Positions 27,810 through 39,893 of a DNA stretch of 64,000 nt are shown here, one piece after another (the stretch's first letter is position 1; each line of letters begins with the position of its first letter). The notes below the pieces were generated by a model. It saw only the letters and a program-made list of their open reading frames with translations, was not told the origin of the DNA and did no database searches. Both the position numbers and the translations under genes were made by a program. The stretch is from NCBI GenBank assembly GCA_951406725.2, contig OX597819.1, forward strand, positions 21,824,001 through 21,888,000, in the 5' to 3' direction. Origin of the DNA: Octopus vulgaris (Eukaryota).

Positions 27810-28216
27810 TCCTCTTTCCCATGAAGACACGGGCGTATGAGGGATAGCAGTAAATCTGTCCGTAAACTATGCACCCTACCATCATCCATTCTCTCTTCCC
27901 CAACCCAGGTAACGCATTTTTGAAATCCGTTTCTCTCCTTCTTGCCATCCACCTTTTACGCTTCATCCCTCACAACAATAAAATATATTACTTTCATCAC
28001 TGTCTCTCTCTCTTATTACTCTCTTCAAAATTATCGCCCTTCCAGTACTCTCTTCTCTCTCTCATCCTCACACCCTTCTCTTGTTTTCGTCATATTTTCA
28101 CAGCTTCCGGCCACATACCCTATCATTCCAACCATTGCTCTCACGTCTATTCTCCCTCTTTGCTCACGTTGTCTTAAACAGTAAATTGTAGCCAGCATTC
28201 TCTCTAACGTGGTTTG

Positions 28217-28662
28217 GGATCTTTTCGGTTTGAACGGCAGTTTTTTTCTAGCGGTGTCATATGAAATTGTCACCCATAATTATGACCCTAGTATCGATCT
28301 ATTGCATTTCAATCTGTTTTAGGGTTAGGTTTAGTTAGGGTTAGCTAGGTTTAGGGTTAGGGGTGGGGGAAGGGTATCTTTTTTCTTTACAAATGTAAAT
28401 AAACCCAATCTGTTTCTTAAACAAGGGACATATTCATACGGCACAGAATGTGTTTTATTTACCTCAATGGACGTCATTGATTGGTTGAAATTGCAGAAAT
28501 TGTAGAAAAAAGACAAGAAATATCTTACAAACTATAGAATTTTCTCAATAAAGCCAAGAGAAAAAGATATTTTATAAACACATTCTACCAGTATACGAAG
28601 TTTAAAATCTTTTAGTTACCTAGAAATTATGTTAAAAACTGCCGTTCAAACCAAAAAGATCC
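28217..28662. mobile_element. MITE with ~29-bp TIRs and 8-bp TSD (Merlin/MULE/hAT-like, unresolved)
   Basis: TIR ggatcttttcggtttgaacggcagttttt / aaaaactgccgttcaaaccaaaaagatcc; TSD gtggtttg at 28209-28216 and 28663-28670; internal TTAGGG/TTAGG repeats. Confidence 0.9.
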
Positions 28663-29005
28663 GTGGTTTGTAAACAGAGACAATGCATACAGACCAGCGG
28701 TCATTAGCCTGATCAAAGTCATGACACACCACTCCCACTAGTGTTTACTTGGTGCCAAGATATAAAACACGTTATACAAAGTGTAAGGGAGCTGGAATTA
28801 AGAAAAGCACCCGGACAAAGAAACAGGCGAAATGTAAGATACAAGATATGGTTCTCTGAGCTGTGTGGATGCCATTTCTGTCTTAGACCTGAATGAGACT
28901 GTGACGCCCTGTCCAAAACATGATTGTATGGACAGTGACAGTAAAATACATTAATATTTTATATATACACACGCGCGCGCGCGCGTGTGTGTGTGTGTGT
29001 ATAAG

Positions 29006-29415
29006 GGCGGCGAGCTGGCAGAATCGTTAGCACGCCGGACGAAATGCTTAGCGGTATTTCGTCTACCGCTACGTTCTGAGTTCAAATTCCGTCGAGGTCA
29101 ATTTTACCTTACATCCTTTCGGGGTCGATAAATTAAGTACCAGTTACGCACTGGGGTCGATATAATCAACTTAATCCGTTTGTCTGTCGTTGTTTGTCCC
29201 TTCTGTGTTAGCCCCTTGTGGGTAATAAAGAAATCGGTATTTCGTCTGCGGCTACGTTCTGAGTTCAAATTCTGCCGATGTCTACTTTGTCTTAAATCCT
29301 TTCGGGGTCAATTAAATACGTACCAGTTATGCACTGGGGTTGATGTAATCGACTTAATCCCTTTGTCTGTCCTTGTTTGTCCCCTCTATGTTTAACCCCG
29401 TGGGCAATGAAGAAA
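29006..29415 (+). mobile_element. SINE family C (tRNA-like head plus Meta-domain-like core): full copy plus tandem 5'-truncated copy
   Basis: ggcggcgagctggcagaatcgttagc..gagttcaaattcc (box B)..catcctttcggggtcgataaattaagtaccag; second unit 29236-29415. Confidence 0.9.
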
Positions 29416-29849
29416 TATATGAGGGTATGTATGTTAGTGTGTATGTATGATCGTATGCAAACATGTATGCATGGATATATGCATGTATATGTATATACAT
29501 ATACACACACACATGCATGATATATATAAATACAAATATATACATATATATGTATATGTACATATATGTATTTATACATAATCATACACACACATATATA
29601 ACAATTTATAGATTCATCTACTTCGAGTTTCACATTTAAAAAGGAAATCTTTCATATGCCACAAAGTTTCTGGATTCTTATGGCATAAATAATATATATA
29701 TACACCAAAGCGAGCACGTACATGTATGGTTTATTGATATTTAAGCTGCAAAAAACATCACAAAGATATCACAAAACAATGCTACTCGGAGGGTCACGTT
29801 CCCGTACTTTGGACAGTTTAGATTGCAGCTTTGATAAGTATATTTTGTA

Positions 29850-30205
29850 TTTGTTTCTTCTAGTTTCAGCTCACGAGCTGTGGCCATGCTGGGGCACCGC
29901 CATTTGGTGTTGCTACATAATTCTATTTCACAAATGCTTTTTAGGAATTGACATTTGGGGCATGAGAGAGTTTGATGCAGCCGCCCTCATCTGCAGCTAC
30001 TGTCGCGAAGTTGATTCATCTGGGACACCTGACAAGAAGAGGTCCGATTTATTTTGAGGACGCCTACATCCACCCTATGCAGGTCTCTCAAGTTCTTCGG
30101 AAGGATATTGAAGAGCTGTGGACTTCTGAAGCTCAGGCTATTGCAGTATCTCGTCCTACATCTTGATGGCAAATTTGGAGTTCTTGGCACCATGCAGTGG
30201 CGCCC
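29850..30205 (-). mobile_element. 3' end of a CR1-like LINE with 3' UTR
   Basis: CRTRYCNSLSFRSPQLFNILPKNLRDL..VPDEP-like C-terminus, paralleling GPALFNIVPREIK..IPDKP of 49304..50368; tail ggcggtgccccagcatggccacagctcgtgagctgaaac. Confidence 0.8.
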
Positions 30206-30279
30206 AGTTCTAGTATTTGTGTGTATACACACACACACACACACACATACACACACACACACACACACACATATATATG

Positions 30280-30350
<71 letters not shown>

Positions 30351-30494
30351 AATTATAAATAGGGGCAAAATAAAAATTTCTATGGCAGTATGATAAGAAA
30401 TAGACTTTAAATCGTCAGTTACCACATACAGTATACATCACAATAAATACACATCGTGTTCACTCGAGGAAAGCAAGCTAACAGGATTTTTCAT

Positions 30495-31740
30495 AGGCGT
30501 AGGAGTGGCTTTGTGGTTGCTAACCTCTGTCGTGGAAAGACGTGTTTTTTGGGGCGGTGAGTCAAACGTTTTGTTACACGTGGATAATTTTTTCTATTGG
30601 AATTGTTGTCTATTGTTGAATATTTTCGAAATGTTGAACATTGTTGAACTTTGAAAATGTTTGTGCTTTTTCCCGGTGACGGGAGAAAGTGATTGTTGAA
30701 ATATTGAAATTATTAATATTGAACTTTTATTAAAGCCGTTGCAGGCTTTATTGTCATGCCAAAAAGCGGGGATGACATTTGAACTGTTATCCTCATTAAA
30801 TGGGAAAAAAATTATAAGTTTCCCGTTTTTTGGAATAAGCAATTTATTATTGCGAGAAAAATTAAATTTTAGCCGTTGTAGGCTCTATTGTGGCTTCCGC
30901 CACTAGTGTGCGCGAGATTTAAACTGTTGTCCTCGTTTTTTGGGATTCTATATTTTATTATTGTGTGAAAAAAAAATTAATTTCGAACGTTGTAGGCTTT
31001 GTTGCTTACGTCTCGCCCCACCAGCAGGGGTGGGATTTGAACTGTTGTCTTCGTTAAGAGAAAAAACAGCAAAAAATTATAGGTTTCCCTTTTTCTGGGA
31101 TTAAATTGTGTATCATTTATTTCGAACGAATATGTCGGTCGAAATAATCCAAGAAACGAACCAGCTGCGTGAGCCAGCAAAAAATTTCGCGGCTGTAGCC
31201 GCTGTCTCTTCTGAAAATATTGTTATAGAAATAGTAATAAGATCAGGCTGGAGAAAAGGTACCTGTCACGAGACAGATTCATGAGAAGATGGAAGCCTGT
31301 GGCGAGGAAGCTTGGAGTGTTTGGCACCAGGTAAGTGGAAGCCAAAAACAGAAAGGAAAAAGCAAGGAGTCTACCCTGGTGGTCGGATGCCTATCCTCCA
31401 GAGAAGCCATTATAAATTTCATTTGTAATGAGCAACGCTTAACTCAAAAGCTATAAACATATTTATTAAATTATTGTAAATATTTAATCGCTACGGCTCC
31501 TTCATCCTTTTATTTTGTTTTGTTCTTGTTCTTCCCCTGTTTGAAATGCCTTCATGGCAAATATTTATGAAAAAAAGTAGCTTGCTTACAAACCACATGG
31601 TTCCGGGTTCGGTCCCACTGCGTGGCAACTTGGACTAGTGTCTTCTGCTATAGCCTCGGGCCAACCAAATCCTTGTGAGTGGATTTGCTAAAGGGAAACT
31701 GAAAGAAGCATGTCGTATATATGTATATATATATGTGTGT

Positions 31741-31772
<32 letters not shown>

Positions 31773-31971
31773 TTGTGTGTCTGTGTGTATGTTTGTGTGT
31801 CTGTGTTTGTCTCCCCAACATCGCTTGACAACCAAAGCGGTTCGGCAAAAGAGACCGATAGAATAAGTACTAGGTTTACAAAGAATAAGTGCTTGGGTAT
31901 AATTTGCTCGACTAAAGGCGGTGCTCCAGCATGGCCGCAGTCAAATGACCGAAACAAGTAAAAGAATAAAG
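30495..31971 (+). mobile_element. SINE family D split by a ~1.06-kb insertion (head 30495-30517, body 31575-31971)
   Basis: aggcgtaggagtggctttgtggt | insert | aagtagcttgcttac.aaccacatggttccgggttc rejoins to the intact head seen at 43036. Confidence 0.85.
30518..31574. mobile_element. Unclassified insertion with internal ~120-140 bp degenerate repeats
   Basis: Splits a SINE-D head. Recurring gccgttg.aggct (30736, 30872, 30986) and ttt.aactgtt.tc (30778, 30918, 31036). No obvious TSD. Confidence 0.6.
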
Positions 31972-31986
31972 GAGTAAGATTCATTA

Positions 31987-32045
31987 TCTCTGGATCGAAC
32001 GATTTCGGCATTAATCCAACGGAGTATTCCACTCATCAGCGGAGA
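31987..32045 (-). ncRNA. Type I hammerhead motif (intact core, imperfect stems)
   Basis: Stem I UCUCCG/CAGAGA (1 mismatch); CUGAUGA; weak stem II; GAA; stem III AUCG-UU-CGAU; AUC site at 31993. Confidence 0.5.
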
Positions 32046-32084
32046 ATATGATAAGAAATAAATGAAATACTTACAAGCATCCAT

Positions 32085-32960
32085 GGTTGGTTGTAAGAGG
32101 CAAAATTGATCCCCAAATGCAGAACCACCTACGTGGCAAAAAAACTACCGGCCAAGTGCATGCCAAAACTTAAGGTGTAAGATGTTTAAACCTCTTCCTC
32201 CAGGACCATTGTGAAACCAATATGATGATCACAGCAGAACAAGCAGCTGGGGAGAAGAGAGTCTGGTGATGTGCCGAGCAATTGTTAATCAACAAAACTG
32301 TGATGTCAGAGATGCAAGAGTATAAGAGGAACTAAGTTTCAACGTGACTAGACTAAAAGTAAGACTTTGACTCAGTTCCCCACTCATGGATGCTAGAAGC
32401 TCTCCATATTGCTAAAGTTCCAGTGAGAATAGTCAAAGCCATAGCTGACCTGACTTCATCGTGGGCCACCATCTTGTAATTAAATACAAAGAGGAACTGT
32501 TTTATCACCGATAAAATACAGTCTCGCACAGGCATATTCCAAGGGGACAGCCTCTCTGTGGTGTTGTTTATACTTCCTGTAAACCTCTTGTCATTCATGT
32601 CAAGGAAGTTTGAAGGTCATCTCACTGATTCACAAGGAAGCAGAAATATCGAAATTACACTCTGTTTCTTTGTGGATAACTTAAAACTTTATGCAAAGAA
32701 TATGCATGTGATGAAAAAGAGCCTTGGCCTATTTACAACATTCTCAAAGGATGTAGGGTTGGAATTTGGTCACGATAAATGTTGTTATATAGTTGGGAAA
32801 AGGGGGGAAAACAATAAAACAGACTAGTTACATCTCCGTCAGTGATTTGACTGTTTCTCCTGCATCTGACGAGGAATGTTTCAGGTATCAAGGGGTGGAT
32901 GAAAATATATCTTACAATGGTACCTGTAAGTCCAAACACTGTATATGAGAAATAATCTTA
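32085..32960 (+). pseudogene. R4-like LINE reverse transcriptase remnant
   Basis: EQAAG..CAEQLLINK..LD*K*DFDSVPHSWMLEAL..GIFQGDSLSVVLF..FFVDNLKLYAK..DVGLEFGHDKC; many stops. Confidence 0.85.
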
Positions 32961-32989
32961 AACAACTTCTCGTCGACAACCATGATTGC

Positions 32990-33034
32990 CACACGCTGAT
33001 GAAAGGTAAACACCTTGAAACTCGGGTCCGTGTG
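32990..33034 (+). ncRNA. Compact type I hammerhead ribozyme (intact core)
   Basis: Stem I CACACG/CGUGUG; CUGAUGA; stem II AAGGU-AAAC-ACCUU; GAA; stem III AC-UCGG-GU; GUC site at 33028. Confidence 0.85.
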
Positions 33035-33603
33035 TATCATGAGTTGAAGACGGGGAGGATGACTCCCCTTCACAAATACTAAGAGGACACAGATAGTGTG
33101 TCTATAGCCAGCTGGAGGAGATATCTTCCTGGGGCTACAAACTACAGTAGCATCCACCCTTAGGGGTTATCCATTTTCAAATAGCAAATATGCGTCACGA
33201 TGTGTTACCGCTATTGTTTATAACTCGCTCTGAGATTTATCATCATTAATCTTAAACAAATGCCACTTCTAGCTAACTTTGGAGAGAAAATTTGTATTCT
33301 TTCCATTGAGAATCAAACGAGATTTGAAACCGGTCGTATATATTACTTTTGTCTCGAAGAGGAAAAAAACATGTTTGTTTACGTTAATCAAAGCGCTGTA
33401 ACGACACGGTGTGCTGCAGGATAAGGTTTCCATTATACCTCACTGTAGAGAATAAATAATATTTATTCCTTCTTCCCTTCTTCGAGTTTGGCAAAATGGG
33501 CCTCTCTGGAAACTCTTTACACGTTTACTGCAACTATAGTCGGTTAAATAACAAGGAAGGTTTCATTGCTTTCAATATTAATCGCGAACACACAAATATA
33601 TTC

Positions 33604-33638
<35 letters not shown>

Positions 33639-33699
33639 CACACGCATACAGACATACACACAAAGGTACATACATACACACGTACGTATGTGTGTATAT

Positions 33700-33888
33700 A
33701 CGTATATAACTATATATATATAATATATATATATGATATATATATACATATAATATAATATATATATATAACTATATATATATTATATATATATGTAACT
33801 ATATATATAATATATATATATATGTAACTATATATATAATATATATATATATGTAACTATATATATAATATATTTATATATATATATG

Positions 33889-33933
<45 letters not shown>
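33700..33933. repeat. (TA)n-derived minisatellite with (gt)aactatatata(at)aa units of ~22-30 bp
   Basis: Direct reading. Confidence 0.9.
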
Positions 33934-33936
<3 letters not shown>

Positions 33937-34413
33937 TTACATTATTGTTTCTAGCTTCATTTAACGCAGTGGGAAATACATATTATATGTGTGTGTATGA
34001 ATATGTATACATCAATCTGTGTGCATTTTTATAAATGTATATGTGTTTATATGTTTTTATGAATGTGTATTTTCATGTGCGTTCGTCGGGGGAGTTGGAG
34101 GTGTTACTGTAAGAGCCGAATTAGATTGGCGTGAGCCGCCATGATCGTCACCTGATGTATCATTATTATCCAAAAATGTGCTAACATATCGGTTAGGAAG
34201 TTACAGCTATGGAATGCTGGCATACACCATTAATATCCTATAAAATTGCTTTCACAACTCAGTTATTTCAAACTTGGTGTTGCACTGTTTTTGGGTATGT
34301 GGAAATTGCTATCTTACCACATCGGATATTATTAACTCGCAGGCATCGATTGTCTATTTAGAAAATCTTTCAGTGGGAATCATTCCAGAAAGAGGATGTC
34401 TATAGGTTTGTGC

Positions 34414-34483
<70 letters not shown>

Positions 34484-34801
34484 GAAAGACAGAGAGGAAG
34501 AAGGAGACATAGAAGTAGAGTTTGAAAAAATCAGAATGTGACAAACGTGTATGTATATATAATATATAGATATGTTTGTATGTACATATCTTTATATATG
34601 TGTGTATAACTCACACACATACACATACACTCTCTCTCTCTCTCTCTCTCTTGTATATATAAGTGTATATATATATATGCGTGTGTGTGTTTAAATGTAA
34701 ATTTATATTTAGAGAGAGAGAGACGTGTGTGCAGAGAATGTGACAGATCAAGAAAGTATGAGATTGGTAGAAGGAATCGTGAATATGTATATGGGAGAGA
34801 A

Positions 34802-34834
<33 letters not shown>

Positions 34835-35690
34835 CGAAGTTAAAATAGACCTAATGAGAGCGACACAAAGACAAAGAGAGACATGAGGAAAGGAAAAAAA
34901 GAAATGACAACCGAAGGAAAAGCAAAGAATGCGAATGACAGACAGACGGAGGGAGGGAGACTGAAAGAGATAGAGAGAGAGAAAGCAGATAAATTCGTAG
35001 TAAAATTCATTTATTCCATTCGTTCAGTTCCAGTTTCCATATAATATCACATCACAAAGAATACTTTAGATTCTGCAAAAGAGAGAAAAAACCAAAAAAA
35101 AAAAAAACCCAGTAAGTACCAAATTTCAGAATTATTACATTATATGATGCTCATATCACATGTTTATAAATAGGATATCTTTGTTGTATTTCTATTATAT
35201 GCCTTTTTTTATATGTATTTCTGGTAGTATTTTTTTTATATGATACAATAGGCCAAAATGGAATTTTTTGTTCTAAGGTTCAAATTTCGAAAGATGGCTT
35301 AAATTTCTAAAACGCTTTAAATTTCACTAATTCGAGGCATTGTCTAAATGTTTAGGTTAACGGTTGAGCTGTGTGGTGACAATAAATAAGCCGTGCAGTG
35401 AATAAACCTCCAAGAGAGAATAAAAATTTATGTGAAATGGTAACAGATACAGAAACAGCAGTGATAAATATAGTAGCAGCAGCAGCATCATCACCACCAC
35501 CACCACCACCACAATGGCGACAGCACCAAAAGAAACAGGAAAAGCAACAGCATTAATAAATTCAAAATGAAAACATTTGTCAATATCTGTTAATCCGTCA
35601 AGAGAAGGGGAAAATGAAAATGAGGAGAAGGTTTTGTAACCCATAAAAAAGGCTTCCGTGTTCAGCTTGTTGATTATTGAGAACTTACGT

Positions 35691-36072
35691 GGCACTCCAT
35701 CGGTTACGACGACGAGAGAGTTCCACTTGATCCGATCGACGGAACAGCTTGCTCCTAAAATTAACGTGCATGTGGCTGAGCACTCCACAAACACGTATAT
35801 CCTTAACGTAGTTCTAAGAGGGATTCAGCGTGACACAAAGTGTAACAAGGCTGGTCCTTTGAAATACAGGTACAATAGAAACAGGAAGAAAGAGGGAGAG
35901 AAAGTAGTGGTGAAAGAATACAGCAGGGTTCGCCACCCCCCAACCCCTGCCGGCCTTGTGGCACTTTAGGTATTTTCGCTCAATAAACACTCAGAACGCC
36001 CTGTCTGGGAATCGAAACCGCGATCCTACGACCGCGAGTACGCTGCCTTAACCACCGGACCATTGCGACTCC
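35691..36072 (-). mobile_element. SINE family A, full length
   Basis: tRNA-like head ggagtcgcaatggtccggtggttaagg..gtttcgattccc on the minus strand; matches 60044-60423. Confidence 0.9.
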
Positions 36073-36081
36073 TATAGAGAG

Positions 36082-36780
36082 CTAGCGGAATTACTCGACG
36101 CTGTCCGTTTTACTGCTGTTCTTATTCAGATTTGCAAGCGATAAATATGAAAACATATTTTGTTTTTCAGGATTATTTCAAAACATCCATATTTCCTTTT
36201 AAATTATCCAAATTGTAATGATAATAGAATTTAGAACTGAAAATCTGCCAATCTCGATGCAACTCAGTGTAAACAATATTCATTGTGTAAACTTTTGTTT
36301 GTGTCCAAATGAATGAATTGCTACTACTTCCAACTCGTGAGCAACCAACATAGAGTTGGCTGTGAGAGAAGAATGTAGTAGAGAGACGAATTTCAACTAC
36401 CTTGAGGGATTCACCCTGAAATTTGATAATTGAAATATCAAAACTTAGCTTGACTGGAAACTGAAGTCTCTTAAATTCAAATGGAACATCTGTATGTATG
36501 AGAAGAAATTTTGGAATAAAGACATTTTCTTTGTGAATACCTGTTATGATCGTTGCCTGTAAGACATGGGGCTTCATAGAAGTAAGGACTATACGATTTC
36601 CATTACACAGTCGAGGTGGGTCAAGATTTTTAAGCATGATAATGGAAGCATCCAGCTTTAGGGTCAAGTTATGGTGTGGCATCCAAGTGGGTTTAACTGA
36701 GTCTGAGACGATGTCAAAGTCACTACACAACAGAATAGCAATTATATCGTCTTCGCTTTCATTTCTAATACTAAACACAT
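36082..36780 (-). mobile_element. 3' end of an autonomous-type Helitron (PIF1-like helicase C-terminus)
   Basis: ORF 36173..36778: MPHHNLTLK..IIMLKNLDPPRLCNG..FEFKRLQFPVKLSF..QGESLK..FFSHSQLYVGCSRV..TMNIVY; degenerate hairpin then CTAG at 36082-36085. Confidence 0.9.
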
Positions 36781-36837
36781 CACATTTTTACTTTACGATA
36801 TCGAACGTTTCCTTTTCTTTCACTCTTTTTAAAACAT

Positions 36838-37160
36838 GGCACTCCGTCGGTTACGACGATAAAGTCCTTGTTTAGTTGATCAACGGAACTGTCTGCTCGT
36901 AAATTTAACTTGCAAGTGGCTGAGTACTCCACAGATATGCATGCCACGAATGTAACTCCCATGGAGATTCAGCCCCACACAGAATGTGACAAGGGTGGCT
37001 CATTTGAATTACAGCTAACACTTATTTTTGCCAGCGGAATGGACTGCAGCAAGGTCAAGTAGAGTGCCTTGCTCAAGAACACAGTGCGCCGCCGGGAATC
37101 ATACACATGACCTTACGATCGTGGGCCGAATACCCCTAACCACTGAGTCACACACCTTCA
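36838..37160 (-). mobile_element. SINE with family B-like tRNA+CORE head and family A 3' tail
   Basis: 37030-37160 rc = gaaggtgtgtgactcagtggttagg..gtgttcttgagcaaggcact; 36838-37010 = family A tail gcactccgtcggttacgacga..gtggctgagtactccacaga. Confidence 0.75.
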
Positions 37161-37579
37161 CTCTCTTAACCGTAGAGAAAAGAAGTGAAGCGATAGAGAC
37201 AGAGAAAGGAAAGCCTCAGCCATTTAAAATGACAATTACAATGAAATACGATCGATCTTTTTTAGCTTCTTTCTTTTTAGCAATGAAGAAGAGGGAAAGA
37301 GATTTAGTTAGAAATAGATAGAACGTCTTTCAGGTGTTTAGGTTTTCATTCTGCTACTTATTTGATAGCTTTCCCTTGTTTGATAGTTTTTCCTGTCTTT
37401 TAGTTGGAGGGAAAGACCATGTTTTTTCCCTTCCTTTTCTCTTTTTTCATACAAAAACTAATGCAAATTTCGAACGGAGTATATCTGTTTAAAGAACCCA
37501 TAAAAATGGGTAACACCTCATACATAATGGGTGGTGGAAGAAAGTTGCCAACGGGTGGCTACACGAAATTCAACTCTAT

Positions 37580-37664
37580 ACTTCATAGAGTTCTTCTTAC
37601 TATAGCCTCGAACTGACCAAGGCCTTTGAGTGGATTGGTAGACGGAAACTGACAGAAGCCCGTC

Positions 37665-37759
<95 letters not shown>

Positions 37760-37880
37760 TGTGTATGTATGTATATTTTCGTGTGTGTGTTTGTGGTGTG
37801 TGCGTTAGTTTCCTCACCACCATGTTTTTGATAACAGATGTTTGTGTGTTTGCGTCTCCATAACGTTAGCAGTTCGGCTT
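37580..37880 (+). mobile_element. SINE family D, internal fragment with expanded (TA)n
   Basis: ctatagcctcg..gtggattggtagacggaaactgacagaagcccgtcg(TA)n..ttagcagttcggc. Confidence 0.85.
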
Positions 37881-38215
37881 GGGAACAAACAAGGACATCC
37901 TTCCCGATCAAGTTCACCTTCGACGTTTTGCTGTGACCGGTCAGCTTCGTCCGGTGGAACATGCCAATGGCTGATGAATGTAAATGCGGAGAGAAAGCGA
38001 CGATGAGCCATGTCATGTCAAACTGCAGGCTGGCACTGGACAGATATACATGGCATCACAACCATGTCCACGGTGTCATAAGCACGGCGCTCAAGGAGAT
38101 GACCGAGAAGTACAATAGGGGAGAGTACCCGAAAGTGGAATATACTTCCAGAAGGAGGGAAAAGGACCTAAGACCAGATATTGACCCACCGTCGAGAGAA
38201 ACTGACCACGGTGGT
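37880..38215 (+). pseudogene. HERO/NeSL-like RLE LINE fragment (CCHC-RHN region)
   Basis: [46 protein letters not shown] matches the C-x-C..H..C..RYTWRHN motif. Confidence 0.7.
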
Positions 38216-38250
38216 TATTAGCGGGAGCGACTTATAATGGAAGTCTGTCC

Positions 38251-38348
38251 ATAGGTGGAATTTACCATGGTGGAATATACCGAGGTGGAATTTACCTATG
38301 GCGAAATTTACCTGGTGGAATTTTCTGTGGTGGAATTTACCTGGAACC
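38251..38348. repeat. 14-15 bp ggtggaatttacc tandem repeat ending ggaacc (MULE-type TIR-like end)
   Basis: Six units read directly; no matching opposite end found. Confidence 0.7.
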
Positions 38349-38481
38349 TGTGCCTGCATCTTATTCGGCTGCATGCCTGGAGTATCTGAAGCCTGTTAGC
38401 ACCCATCCTTTTCTAGAGCTGGCAACAACCGGTTTGTTCAGAAAAAGAAACAAGCAAACAGACGAGCAGATGAAGAGAGAG

Positions 38482-38514
<33 letters not shown>

Positions 38515-39856
38515 GAAAAGAATATGAGAGAGAATATGAGAGAAAGGGAAGGAGAAGATTAGACATCAGTATTTGACTGATATTTTATATATGAATTTCC
38601 AAAGGATAAAAGGTAAGGTTGACTTGAGTGAGATTTGAACCCTGATCGTGGAGAGCTGCAATAAATACTGCAAAGCATATCAGCTTTTACCTGGATGTCA
38701 TTGTATTGATTTGACTGCATACGTGTGAAAAGTATGCACATGTTGTGACGGTGCAGCACGCAACCATATGTCACAGTTTTTATTTTCATTCGCCAAAACT
38801 CTTAGTTCGAATACTAGCGAGGTTAGCCTCTAGCTCGCTGGATTCATTGAGTCAGATACCAGTAATATACTTGGTTTGTTTCCACCGACTGCATGACTTC
38901 AGCTACGAAACATGATTTTGTGCTGAAATTATAAATCGATATTTGCCTCAATGAAAGGTTTGAATGGATGGGTTTAAGTACAATTGATACAAGTGTTTGT
39001 AGGGGTGAGAATCTCATGCCAGTGCACAAATGGTTATACTATAAATCTCTGTCGAAAGTTGAGCGTAGGGAACGTTTAAGGATCACTAAAGACAATGTGC
39101 GAACGTGCATTCGTGCATGCACGTGTGTATGTGAGATCTGTTTTGGACTCTCAGATGTGAGTGCGGATGTAGATGCTTTAAAATAGATCATATACTGGTG
39201 TGTATCTGTGTATGTGTTAACCATATCATATACTAGTGAGTGTATATGTATGCTTTAATGTGTGTTTATGCTTGAATTCCGTTAATGTCAGTGTATGTAT
39301 GAATACATTTAAGTATGTCTTATTGATGCGTATGGATGTGTTTAACTCCATTTGATGTCAGTATGTGTAAATAAGTGTTTGATGCTAGTGTATGTATGCT
39401 TGTGTGTATATGTGCCTGAGTGTGTGTGCGTGTGTGTAAGTGAATGCGTGCTTGTATGTATTTTTGTGAATGTGATTGTTCGTAAAAAGGAAGAGAATAT
39501 TTTGAAAATCGAAACAAATAAAAAAAATATTATTTCAATTACCGTGTAAATAAAATGGAGAATGGAAATTTCATCGTTTGAAATAATTTAGATACATTCC
39601 AAGAAAATCTTTTCAATCAAAAATTGTTGTTAAAATATCAAAAATAGCTCGACTTTTAATGGCGACCAGTCAGTAGGAATTTATTTCCGTAAACTTGTAC
39701 ATTCGAACGAGGCTGATTATTGGAAACACGAATGAAATGTCAACGAAAATGAATTCACGACTCACTGCTTCACATCTAATGATATGTATTGCATGTAATT
39801 ATAAGGTTAACATTTGAACAAATCTTGATTAATAATGTACTGTCCTTCTTATGTAG

Positions 39857-39893
<37 letters not shown>

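Noticed and set aside
28319-28369. Interstitial telomere or chromosome fusion scar
   Set aside because: Short, degenerate and internal to a TIR/TSD-bounded MITE.
35357-35969. ORFs overlapping SINE family A (also 11040, 58326, 58522, 60089)
   Set aside because: Chance open frames within a non-coding repeat.
36173-36778. Cellular PIF1 gene
   Set aside because: Intronless C-terminal fragment with Helitron-type motifs and a nearby CTAG terminus; conserved residues are decayed.
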